A stretch of DNA of 62,665 nt, counting the filler. It is 6 parts of 6 records of this genome, joined end to end, with 100 filler letters (N's around TTAATTAATTAA, not from the genome) between each part and the next. Parts side by side here need not be neighbours in the genome. Positions count along the whole stretch, not along the records: positions 17,792 to 25,163 come from SRR31147125_34549; positions 25,264 to 43,476 come from SRR31147125_34614; 4 more parts are not named here. One strand, given 5' to 3'. Below, piece after piece: positions 20,901 through 29,925 of this stretch. The first letter of the stretch is position 1. Each line of letters starts with the position of its first letter. The position numbers and the translations under genes were made by a program. A model generated the notes under the pieces. It saw nothing but the letters and a program-made list of their open reading frames with translations, did no database searches and was not told the DNA's origin.

Positions 20901-22947
20901 CGAATAGTGTAAACAGACCTATATGACCACCACCGTCTATCACCCTTGGTGCTTCAGAGTCTGCGTCGAAATCGTAGATTTTTTGGATAAAAATATCTTT
21001 AGCCGCGATATAGAATGCGAGCAGATCCCTGCAGTATATTTTCAATCCTTTGAACCGAATACACCAATCACCATATCGTTGTTTTTTGGCAGTTCGAAAG
21101 ATGTTTCCCAGGTCGTCATTTGCGACAAGCTCCTTATTTGGCTGCAATGGCGTGGCCGTTGTTTTCTTTTGTTCGGCACTCCGCATAACCTCCAGTGCGC
21201 CTTTGTGACAGGGTTCTATTTCAAGTATCGCAGTTGCAAATTTCGCTGCGGCGTCACGATTGTTTTTCTCTTGGGTCATTCGCACAAGCAACCAAAGATT
21301 ATCAACATGGTCTGGTCGCCGAATATAGACCTGTCGGCACATATCAAATGCATTTTGAATTTCTGTTCCCGTATCAAACAAATGCCGTGCCAATGAATAC
21401 ATGTACTTTGTATTTTCCGGTGCACCTCTTAATGCCTGTCGATACATATCCGCTGCAGAAGAACTCTTACCAATGGCCTCCAACGCTTTGCCAAAAAGAA
21501 AAAATGCTTGTGAACAACCGGGGTGGTATCGGGTGATGAGTTCCAAAGCGGCCATCGCCTCTTGCTGTCTCGCCGTAGATAGCAAGGCATAGCAATCCTC
21601 CGCTACTTGGCTCAAACCATCGTCGGACATGTATTTAATGTTTTCCGGTTGCGGTATATGAATGGTCTCTGCGCTGCTTTGAGCAACGAACCGACTGATG
21701 CTCTCATGGTACATCTCATCGATTTTTCGTTTGAACTGTTCTAAATATCGATGGAGGTACTCATAGCTTTCAGCATGCAAATGCGTTAGGTAGTGACTTG
21801 TTTTTAAATTTTCATGGATCTTGTGTTTTATAAATTTCTCTCTATCTTTATCACTGGCCTCAAACGGGACGTGCCCGGCTTTTTCCGGCAAGCCCTCTAT
21901 CAAATCCGCCAACCGCATAGTTGCCATTCCATCTGCGTGCGGCTGGTAATTATTCAATGATTGTTCCATACGATCGAACGGATAGGTTTCAATTAAAGCC
22001 TTGATTTCACTGTATGATCGCGCAATGGGTTCAAAGCGCAAAATGTTCTTCAATTTGGTGCGATCGCCATCGAAATCCGGAAGGACGGAAATAGTTTTTC
22101 GCCCCTGAATCCATCCTTCGATAGCAACGGTGCTATCAGTATGGAGGACCACATCGCTCAATTGCAAAAGCGGTACGACGTAATCATGGTTATCGACAAG
22201 GATGATGTGATCGTCACTATAATGATCCTGGTAGTATGAAGATTTGTCCCAGGGATGTCGTTTAATGAGCAGTACGTCATTGTTGCGCTGCAGGTCTTTA
22301 ACCAGATCCTTTAAAATCAGATGGTGTGCTTTTTTCTGCTCCATCTCTTTGGAGTGGAGAAACACCGTATCAATATCTTTCAGGTTGCCGGCCGACACTT
22401 GGCCACCCGTGTCGTCGAAAATAAAGGAAGAGATGTATAGATATTTTTTATTGTAACTCCCAAGATTGTATTTCTTGTCTATATGGTGGGTCTCAGCCGC
22501 GCAGATTTCAGGATGAACTGAAAGATCAAAGCGCGGGCATCCGATGAACTTGTATTTCAATTTATCCGTTATTTCAGTATGGTTTTGAATATATTGATGG
22601 TATTCCTGATTTACGATGACCTGAAAATCTATGTATTTTTCGTTCCAACATTCGAAATTGAATTTGAAAAAGTTGTCTATCTTGTCCGCGTGACAAACGT
22701 ATTCCGTCGTATTGATCACCAGGTTGATGTTATGGCGCACAACGAAATTGGCTATGATAGAAGTGGATTCTTCACCGATTTGCCCCATAATGACCGTATC
22801 CGGATTACACATTCTGATCGTCTCCTCCGGATGTGTCCATAAGGGTTCAACCCAAACAAGGTGCCCTCTGCGCCGCAATACCTCCTGCAGAAACAATAAA
22901 CCGCGATAATCTCTAATAAAGTTATCGTAAAATAGCAGAATACGCAT
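17965..22947 (-). CDS. Multi-domain glycan-modifying protein: surface-carbohydrate biosynthesis/GT-B-like + TPR + FkbM MTase + two class I MTase-like + polysaccharide deacetylase
   Basis: RDY..IGCPRFDL..IKRHPW..STVAIE; TPR helices; IDGGGHIG..FEPD..KLNIEGAE; FGFDRGTPIDR; LLYHR..TFDDGY..HTMTHP..FSYPFG. Likely start MRILL at 22947. Confidence 0.8.
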   Translation of the reverse strand: MRILLFYDNFIRDYRGLLFLQEVLRRRGHLVWVEPLWTHPEETIRMCNPDTVIMGQIGEESTSIIANFVVRHNINLVINTTEYVCHADKIDNFFKFNFECWNEKYIDFQVIVNQEYHQYIQNHTEITDKLKYKFIGCPRFDLSVHPEICAAETHHIDKKYNLGSYNKKYLYISSFIFDDTGGQVSAGNLKDIDTVFLHSKEMEQKKAHHLILKDLVKDLQRNNDVLLIKRHPWDKSSYYQDHYSDDHIILVDNHDYVVPLLQLSDVVLHTDSTVAIEGWIQGRKTISVLPDFDGDRTKLKNILRFEPIARSYSEIKALIETYPFDRMEQSLNNYQPHADGMATMRLADLIEGLPEKAGHVPFEASDKDREKFIKHKIHENLKTSHYLTHLHAESYEYLHRYLEQFKRKIDEMYHESISRFVAQSSAETIHIPQPENIKYMSDDGLSQVAEDCYALLSTARQQEAMAALELITRYHPGCSQAFFLFGKALEAIGKSSSAADMYRQALRGAPENTKYMYSLARHLFDTGTEIQNAFDMCRQVYIRRPDHVDNLWLLVRMTQEKNNRDAAAKFATAILEIEPCHKGALEVMRSAEQKKTTATPLQPNKELVANDDLGNIFRTAKKQRYGDWCIRFKGLKIYCRDLLAFYIAAKDIFIQKIYDFDADSEAPRVIDGGGHIGLFTLFVKQRYPKARITIFEPDSESLILLNKNLETNGLDDVEVINAGLLDREGQISFSSDGSDGGSMFSDSMNCTIPVVRLAAYLSEPVELLKLNIEGAEHAVLKDVESQLKYVRQLVFEYHGFPETGQQLHHILSILDRGGFRYLISDFDHVTNPASKPPFKLSKETRFFLLVYAKQMRTVKSTARDENKRNNAAKPKAKNTSIQEVFPERRTTIFNFYENDFLRRYQRDVSGRVLIIGSEIAEETRREIGNYSTTIDQLDADEIVQQKSINRGRGVHPYDCILIFGLPANHKLCWTLLQRVVELTGREGCLLLMTPGVCNPLQNHHLMLTDLALGNILRDALPEYDYNTVTFGNVGAAKAQIDRRPAESLPIDLLRYSDPDYQIIVGAKVVSKKLDVGTWEKRFDEEGQNLTAKPCENSRAARQYDSFVAKDPVSRKFGFDRGTPIDRVFIERFLKMRGEVIRGRVLEIADNAYTKRFGRDVHQSDVLNVESSRDATIVGDLATGKNIPQNEFDCIILTQTLNVVYDVKSTLNNSFSALKPGGVILLSVPGISQVSRYDMDRWGDYWRFSRNTLQELIKTVLPDSECHIQSFGNRKLAKAFLDGLAINDIVPEDMHPVEPECAILHTIEIQKPSEAGQGEQTRGTVVKRSIHSMPPRVLLYHRIYDDPLDPQLLAVSPSHFKEHLRILSERYRVIPLFEMAESLKSGRLSPDTISITFDDGYVDNLLFARPLLEERNIHATVFVTTGFIDTQREFWWDALGRVLLTRDKLPDVLELSVKGIQGTWSTMTARLRSRTYDKLCKILKQYPTETIYQVIDEILQWASGDQVSKVRPSILTSEQLKQLSNSPYIEIGAHTMTHPRLSSLSDPEQKEEIAFSKYRIEAMTGRPVRLFSYPFGAKGDFNETSVKHVESAGFYAAVSNIQRMIGPDDHPFTIPRLLVRNWSGESFKKWMAGNQLSEMEAQSIDNRDHRIEKWLNQRKRA

Positions 22948-22948
22948 C

Positions 22949-23646
22949 TTATGCACTTTCATTTATATGCGTCATGGCAATTGCCATTCTGTAATCATCC
23001 ATATCGTCGATATCGATGGCATGGCGCCAATCCATTGGAAAAGTCCGCCATCCCTCTCCGTAAAGGTTCTCTGGGACTTTAATTGAGTGGCGTCTGCTAT
23101 CCAGGTAGCCCCGGTTGGACAGTATAGCCTCGGAAGGTCCTGAGATCTCTTTCTTGCCTCCGGGAACAGAAAATCAGGCTTTTGGGTCTCCTCTGTTACG
23201 GTAAGCGCCCACCATGGATTCATCCATCCATATCTGAACACACTGATTTGAAATGACAATCGGTTCCTATTGAAATGGCTGTACGCGTTTAGAATATCTT
23301 GTGTGTCGCGCAGAGGACAATTTGCCATTAATTGGACCACGACATCAAAAGCGGTACCATAGTACGCTTCTGCTTGGATCAACGCATTGGTGGTTGCCGT
23401 CCATACGGGCGTCATGTCATCCGCATCGGACGGATCTCTCAAGAATGGCACAGATGCCCCGCATTGCTTTCCTGCCTCAGCAATACGACTGCTGTCCGTA
23501 CTCACCAGTACAATATCGAAAAGGGCACTGTTTTTTGCGGCCTCGATCGTCCAGTCAAGCATTGGACGCCCGTTGAAATCCATGATGTTTTTATTGGGCA
23601 ACCTCTTGGATCCGCCACGTGCCGGTATGATCGCTATTCTTTTCAA
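22949..23646 (-). CDS. neuA: Acylneuraminate (nonulosonate) cytidylyltransferase, frameshift near 23062
   Basis: IIPARGGSKRLPNKN and VSTD motifs. The alternate frame supplies the conserved AIDIDDMDDY and stops at 22949. Confidence 0.85.
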
Positions 23647-25163
23647 ACGGGTGGGTTTTCCTCTATTCTATTCTCATTGAAGATGCGGTAGACGGCAAAA
23701 CAAACTTTTTCCAAAGTGTCTTCCTGCATGTGGGAATACATGGGCAGGCAAATAACATTATCGGCGACTTTTCTTGAATTGGGTAATATATTCCCCACGT
23801 CGTGATATTTTTTAAATACCGGCATATCGTGAAGCAATGGATGGAAATACTTTTTTGTTTGAATACCCTCCGATTTGAGTTTTTTCATCAACTCATCACG
23901 CGTCATACCGAAGTCATCAGGATCAATGACGATTGCGTAATCCTTGAATGTACTCAAGTTAGCATCATGAACCTTCTGAAAACCGATACCCGGTATCCTG
24001 GACAGCCTGGCTTTATATCGATCCGCCAGTTGGTTTCGCCGATGGACGGAATCGGGCAGAAGGTTCAGAGCCTCAATGGCAATGGCAGCATGAAATTCGG
24101 ACATCTTCCCGTTCAACCCCACATAGTGACAGTCATAATCCGCAGCGGCCCCATAGTTCCTTCCCATTGTCAACACCTTCAAAATACTTTCATCGTTTGA
24201 CGTGACAATGCCGCCTTCTGCCGATGTGACGACTTTAGTTCCTGAAAGAGAAAAACACTCTGCGCTGCCGCAACCGCCTATCGGTATGCCATTATAGAGG
24301 GATCCCAGCGCATGGGCTGCATCGAAAATCAGCTTTATACCATGTTGATCGGCGATCTCTTCAAGAGCATCTATTTCGCAGGGATTGCCGAACACATGAA
24401 CGCCGATTATAGCGGCAGTCTTTGGTGTGATTTTTCGCTTCACATCCTCAGGATCGATATTGAATGTTTCCGGATCGATATCTGCGAACACAGGTGTTAA
24501 ACCGTTCCATAAGACAGCGTGCCCTGTGGCGGAAAAGGTAAAGCTGGGCAATATGACTTCGCCTTCAATATCCAAAGCCCTCAGTGCCATCATTAACGCG
24601 GTTGTGCCATTTGGAAAGGTGAGCGCCTTTTTCACCGGCAGCAACTCTTCTATGTTCAGCTCAAATTGCTGAGCATAGTCGGAAAAATTGGTCAGCATTT
24701 TGCTTGCTACTATTTTCCTGAACTTTTCATCCAGGAGGTAATAGTCAGGCATGGTCGGTTGGGCGACGTAAACCTGACCCACCGGAAATACGTCCGGTAC
24801 TGTATCCTGATAAATATCTTTAGGATATTCCTTCTGGGAAAATCCTTTCATTGTTCTTCCGGAAGGCACGTTTTGGACAACAGTGGAGCCTGCGGCGATC
24901 ATAACACCGGAACCGATGCGAATATCCGGAAGAATGGTACTGCCCAGTCCGATAAATGTCGTCGAGCCGATTCTGACCTTATTGCCCACAGTCACACCTG
25001 CGGAGACAAAAATGGATTGGTCTATCCTGCATTCCGCCTGAATAATTGCGCCGGACTCTACAATGGAGACGCTGCCCAACTGAACCCCGCAGCCGATGAC
25101 CGCGTTGGGACCGATATAGCAACCTTCATCTATCACCGATTGTGAATGGATATTGGCTGAAGG
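23643..25163 (-). CDS. NeuD/PglD-like hexapeptide acetyltransferase fused to DegT/DnrJ PLP aminotransferase, 5' truncated
   Basis: Hexapeptide repeats followed in frame by NGTTAL, FDAAHALG, SLSGTK and AEGG motifs. Confidence 0.85.
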   Translation of the reverse strand, partial: PSANIHSQSVIDEGCYIGPNAVIGCGVQLGSVSIVESGAIIQAECRIDQSIFVSAGVTVGNKVRIGSTTFIGLGSTILPDIRIGSGVMIAAGSTVVQNVPSGRTMKGFSQKEYPKDIYQDTVPDVFPVGQVYVAQPTMPDYYLLDEKFRKIVASKMLTNFSDYAQQFELNIEELLPVKKALTFPNGTTALMMALRALDIEGEVILPSFTFSATGHAVLWNGLTPVFADIDPETFNIDPEDVKRKITPKTAAIIGVHVFGNPCEIDALEEIADQHGIKLIFDAAHALGSLYNGIPIGGCGSAECFSLSGTKVVTSAEGGIVTSNDESILKVLTMGRNYGAAADYDCHYVGLNGKMSEFHAAIAIEALNLLPDSVHRRNQLADRYKARLSRIPGIGFQKVHDANLSTFKDYAIVIDPDDFGMTRDELMKKLKSEGIQTKKYFHPLLHDMPVFKKYHDVGNILPNSRKVADNVICLPMYSHMQEDTLEKVCFAVYRIFNENRIEENPPV

Positions 25164-25263
25164 NNNNNNNNNNNNNNNNNNNNNNNNNNNNNNNNNNNNN
25201 NNNNNNNTTAATTAATTAANNNNNNNNNNNNNNNNNNNNNNNNNNNNNNNNNNNNNNNNNNNN
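25164..25263. other. Synthetic contig linker
   Basis: N44-TTAATTAATTAA-N44. Confidence 0.98.
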
Positions 25264-25397
25264 CTCCCCGGCGTCAGGTACCGAAAAGGATTGTCTGATA
25301 GTTCTCCTTGTGGCTTTTCGGTTCTGGCATTTTTCCTGACAGTATTGGATAAATCGGTTTTATCTTTTTGCTTTATGTGAGTTTTTAGAAAGGCCAT
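25264..25397 (-). CDS. N-terminal fragment of an unknown protein (contig edge)
   Basis: ATG with AAAAGG upstream; the frame is open into the linker and co-oriented with the tail locus. Confidence 0.45.
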
Positions 25398-25588
25398 TAC
25401 ATGCCTTTTGATCGTCTAAATTCATTCAATAATTAGTACATTTAAAAATAATCTGGGTTTTCTTCACCATAATTACAAAATATGGGTATTTCCACTTTCC
25501 TTATCTATTCATATCATTCATTAGCACTCTACATACCGTGAATCTTCACCACAACCGCATTTCTTAAAATCTTGAATCCACATGAATA

Positions 25589-27393
25589 TCACACTAGTAA
25601 CCGATGTATGACTCCTTTAGGCTCTCGTTGAGGCGGACTCATTTCATAATCGGTAATCCAGATAAACTCACCATCGCAACACATTTTTGCAAAGTGACGA
25701 GAATCGGAAATGTTGTCACCCGGTTGATAATTGCTAACACCTCTGATTTCATATGGATCGATTCGATGAACACGCTGGCCCTGGAATTCAGCTGCCCATA
25801 AATACATACCATCGAATGCAAGTCCACATAAATGATAGTTAACATTCGCAGCATCTTTCGGAATATGAGAGTCAATATCTACATTCGTTGCACCATTCCG
25901 ATGTGTAACCCATACATGTGTACCATCAAAAACTATATCTTGTGGCGTATCTCCAAAGCTAATCTCCTTGATTAACGGAGCCTCATTTCCATTTAGCTCA
26001 ATCCTATTTGCGCACACTTGATTATTTGGACCTGAACATACAACCCAAATATGAATCCCATCAAATGTCATTGCAACTGGTGATTCGAAACTCAAATGAT
26101 CAAGATATTGTTTTTCATGAGTATAAATATTTATTTTGGTAATTTTACCTTCACTATGGCCGATCCAGACTGAATCACCAGCAAATATAATTTCTTTAGG
26201 CGGTAAATCGACTTCAATTCTGGCTTTTATCACACCCGGAGCACCCGTTGCTTGATCTATTTTTGGGTAGATTTTCGAAACCAGATTTTTATTGGGGTGT
26301 GTTACCCACAAATAACAGCCATCGAAAGCGATGCCGTAGCTTTCAATATCCGCTAATTCCGGCGTTTCATTTGCTAATGCAAGTTTTTGTGAACTTGTTC
26401 CCCAGCGGTCAATTCGTACCACGTTTTCATTGTCAGTCCCATCGTCTGTAAACCAGATATAGTCGCCATCAGTCGTTATATTAAATGGATGTTTTCCTAC
26501 ATCCAATTTCTTTCTTCCAGGTGTGCCTTTTATATCCTCTTCATTCCAATGGTCCGTTATGGTCAAGATGCGGCCATCTTGATGTTCTAATCCTCTAATC
26601 GTCTGAGATAACAATGGCACAAACTGGCGGCGGTCAATTCTGGCCCCCCTACCTCGGTGGACAGTTTTTTCAAGCAACTGGTAAGTACCTCATTACTCCA
26701 AAGATATTTTCTGAGGCTGTGATTATCAATCGATTTTAATTCCTCCTCAAAGGTAACTTTTGCTAAAATTATCCAGTAACACTTTTTCCGAGGTTCACAG
26801 GGATTTACAATTTCCTCACAAGTGGTTTCAATAGTTTCGGGACATCGAATTTCGAATTCTGTCTCACAATCAGTCGGTGGCTCATTCTCAAAAGCCTTAA
26901 TTTCAAATAGTTCCCGTATTCTGCTGTATTGGCATTCTTCTTTTGATTCACTACATTTTTGTACTGGAACAGGTACTGGTTCAGAAAGACATTCTTTGTA
27001 ACGAATACAAATATAAAAGGTGTCCGGACCAGGTGCGCCAGTGGGCGGAGGTTGAGTAGGTTCTAAAGAAAAAGTTTCTTTACTCTCCTCACCCTTGCCG
27101 TATAGGTCAATGGTTTGTTCCTCGCCAACAAAAATTTCATGACCATAGTGATCCAGTGCTAATCCAGGTTTAACAACTACCTGAGTGGTACATTTAGAAT
27201 GACATTCTACCGTAAGTCCGCAAACTACGCCCCAGCCTATGGAGCGCCGGTTCAATAGCCATCGTTTTTCATTAAAATAACTTTGTTCTGTTAAAAAATC
27301 GCGAACAGTAAGGAGTTTGCCGAAAAAGTAGTTTAGTCTCTCAAAAAAACTGATCTCGCTGTTGGAAAGCCCAATTTCTTCCTGTATTTTCAT
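25589..27393 (-). CDS. Fibre-like CIS protein: conserved attachment-type N-domain + beta-propeller, frameshift near 26645-26670
   Basis: N-terminal ERLNYFFGKLLTVRDFLTEQSY..GWGVVCGL; C-terminal FDGxxxWV repeats. The two ORFs overlap across A6/G6 runs. Confidence 0.6.
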
Positions 27394-27490
27394 GATTGAT
27401 TTCCTCCAAATACATCTATCAAAAATTGCTCAGTGCACTTGATTTTGATTTTAACAACACGTAAAGAAAGGCCAAAATATGATAATGAGA

Positions 27491-28981
27491 CTATAAGAAT
27501 TCATTCATCATTTCTCTCCATTCATTTAATCGTTGAGAATGAGTATGGTTTGTATGTACATATTTGTTACCATTTTTGGCTATTTCTCTTGCCTCATGCG
27601 GATAAATCAAATAATGGTTTAGTTTTTTTCTAAAATCATTTTCTGACTCTGCTAAAACCATATAATCACTACCATTTCCAAAAATATCCCCAAAACCATT
27701 TTGAGGTCTATCTGCTATTAGCAGCGCCCCACAAGCAAGAGTCTCAAAATATTTCTGATTGAGGTAGCGATATTTACCACAACAATTGAGAGCAATTTTA
27801 GTTGAAGCCAAGGCCCTAGCATAATCCATATGAACTACTTGCCGTTGTTCTGGCAGTTGACATGTATAATCTAGCATAAACTCATTGCGAACAATTTCAA
27901 CCATACGATTTCTAAAGGGATAGCTATCTTTAGGATTTAAAGAACCAATGAAGCTTATATCTATGTAGCGGTCTGAACAATAATTTCTAAATATTTTATC
28001 ATCAAAGCTAAAAGGAAGCCACCGACAATCCGTCACGCCATTAAATCTTTTCTTAAAGTCAAACATGTCATCTAAAGATCTAAAAAAGCATACATTGATT
28101 TTATTTTCTTTTATCCATTGTGCCCGTTCTTCCTTCCAGAAACAAGTATCTATCAGGATCATACATTTAGGAATATCTATATCTCGAAGACCATTGAACT
28201 TTTTAGCACGCGTAAAATTATATAAAAAGATTAAATCAGGTGGATTTGAATCATATAATTTTTTAATCACATCCTTCACTCCCAAATGAGAGTTGTAGCC
28301 TGGATATCCTTCACCATACATAGTTACATCATACTGCCTAGCGACAGTCATAGCCCAGGTGTGGTGACCAAAATTATATCGATTAACTTCATTAGGATAG
28401 AGGTATAAAATCCGAAGTGGTCTCTTGTTGCTTATTAAATTGCGCAATCGTCCCCAAAAACAAAACCAACGATTATTATTAAGACGATGAGTATGTCTAA
28501 GGACAACGCTTCCTTTAATATCTATATAGTTCGCTGCAAATGTTTCTGCCGTGTGATGGTTGTACGTTCTTTTATGACCCGAACCTCCGAAATTAGGGAC
28601 AGAGAAAAAAACTTTAGCTTCGGGTTTACATAACCTAAGTATTCTCATCATAAATTGATCGGGATCTTCCACATGTTCAACTACCTGACCAAGATGAACC
28701 GCGTCAAATGTCCCGAAATTTAAAAAAGAGTCCAGTACGCTTCCTTCAATATATTTAACGTTTTCGTTGATGTTTAAGGGATCAAGGTTTAATTTGGTAT
28801 CAATTGCTGTAACTTTATAACCAAGCTTCCCAAGACCATTAGCGAATGTTCCATCATCGCATCCTACTTCAAGCGCCATTTTACCATCTGCATCTGATTC
28901 CCCAAAAAAATCCAAGGCTTTTTTATATCGATAATAATATGAGTGCCCGTCGGTTTGGCACCACAATCTTAATTTTCCCAT
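27491..28981 (-). CDS. Class I SAM methyltransferase fused to CgeB-like (Glyco_trans_1_2) glycosyltransferase
   Basis: LEVGCDDG..FDAV..VVEHVEDP, then DISFIGS..KIALN..KYFETLACGA..EIAKNG..HTHSQR. Confidence 0.82.
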   Translation of the reverse strand: MGKLRLWCQTDGHSYYYRYKKALDFFGESDADGKMALEVGCDDGTFANGLGKLGYKVTAIDTKLNLDPLNINENVKYIEGSVLDSFLNFGTFDAVHLGQVVEHVEDPDQFMMRILRLCKPEAKVFFSVPNFGGSGHKRTYNHHTAETFAANYIDIKGSVVLRHTHRLNNNRWFCFWGRLRNLISNKRPLRILYLYPNEVNRYNFGHHTWAMTVARQYDVTMYGEGYPGYNSHLGVKDVIKKLYDSNPPDLIFLYNFTRAKKFNGLRDIDIPKCMILIDTCFWKEERAQWIKENKINVCFFRSLDDMFDFKKRFNGVTDCRWLPFSFDDKIFRNYCSDRYIDISFIGSLNPKDSYPFRNRMVEIVRNEFMLDYTCQLPEQRQVVHMDYARALASTKIALNCCGKYRYLNQKYFETLACGALLIADRPQNGFGDIFGNGSDYMVLAESENDFRKKLNHYLIYPHEAREIAKNGNKYVHTNHTHSQRLNEWREMMNEFL

Positions 28982-29040
28982 GTAACTTTTACCTTGTTGT
29001 TCTACAGAAAATTCAAAAGTTTTAATTCTTTAGTGAACAT

Positions 29041-29922
29041 TTAAATGTCCATAGTGAACTTTTCGAAAAACCAGTTATCATTGAATTTTCGCTTTTCCAT
29101 AAGATTTCGTCTTCTCATTTCAATATCACTATGCAGAAGCATATCATATGCCTGATTATAATTAGGTAGTGATTTTAAAGCTGCCTTACCCTTTTCAACT
29201 CGTTCAGAACTGAAATGTGTATATATTGTACGGAGTTTATTATAAACCGTATTCACCCAACTTACCGGATAAGGGAATTTCGAACGAAATAAATGAGAAA
29301 CAACAATTTGAGGAACAATATATACTTCGTAACCTAGTAACCAGGCGCGCAGACAGACCTCCTGATCAGTACTACCATAGCTCCTTAATCCATGATCAAA
29401 CCCGCCAATTTCGTTAAATACTGCTCGACGAAAAATCATGCATGCGAGACCGACCATTGGAACAGGATATGGAAAATGGAATTGTTGAGGCAGCCAGGCC
29501 ATATCCAATCTTGCATTCCGCCAACGCATACCAAAAGCCTTTGCGTTGGGATTACTCCATGAAGAAAGTGCGGGTGCTACAATACCGATATTTTTATTTT
29601 GCAACTGTTGAATTAGCGGTTTCAACCAATCTGTAGGAAACAGAATATGCGCATCCAGGAAGCAAATAAATTCACCCTGCGCTTTCTGAGCACCAAAATT
29701 TTTAGAGTTAGCAGATCCTAATCTTTCAGTTTTATATAGTTGGATTCGAGGATCCTCGATTTCCTCGCCAATAAAATTACTACTTCCATCAGTAGAACCA
29801 TCATCAACCACAATAATTTCATAATCTGCATTTGTGTTTGCTTGAAGGTTCTGAATCGTCCTTTTTAAATTTTCCCCTTCATTTAAAGAGCCAATCACAA
29901 AACTTATTAGTACATTAGCCAT
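29041..29922 (-). CDS. GT-A glycosyltransferase, polypeptide GalNAc-transferase-like
   Basis: VVDDGSTD, FLDAH, WLKPL, FDHGLRSYGSTDQE..RAW and HLFR..PY motifs. Confidence 0.85.
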   Translation of the reverse strand: MANVLISFVIGSLNEGENLKRTIQNLQANTNADYEIIVVDDGSTDGSSNFIGEEIEDPRIQLYKTERLGSANSKNFGAQKAQGEFICFLDAHILFPTDWLKPLIQQLQNKNIGIVAPALSSWSNPNAKAFGMRWRNARLDMAWLPQQFHFPYPVPMVGLACMIFRRAVFNEIGGFDHGLRSYGSTDQEVCLRAWLLGYEVYIVPQIVVSHLFRSKFPYPVSWVNTVYNKLRTIYTHFSSERVEKGKAALKSLPNYNQAYDMLLHSDIEMRRRNLMEKRKFNDNWFFEKFTMDI

Positions 29923-29925
29923 AAT

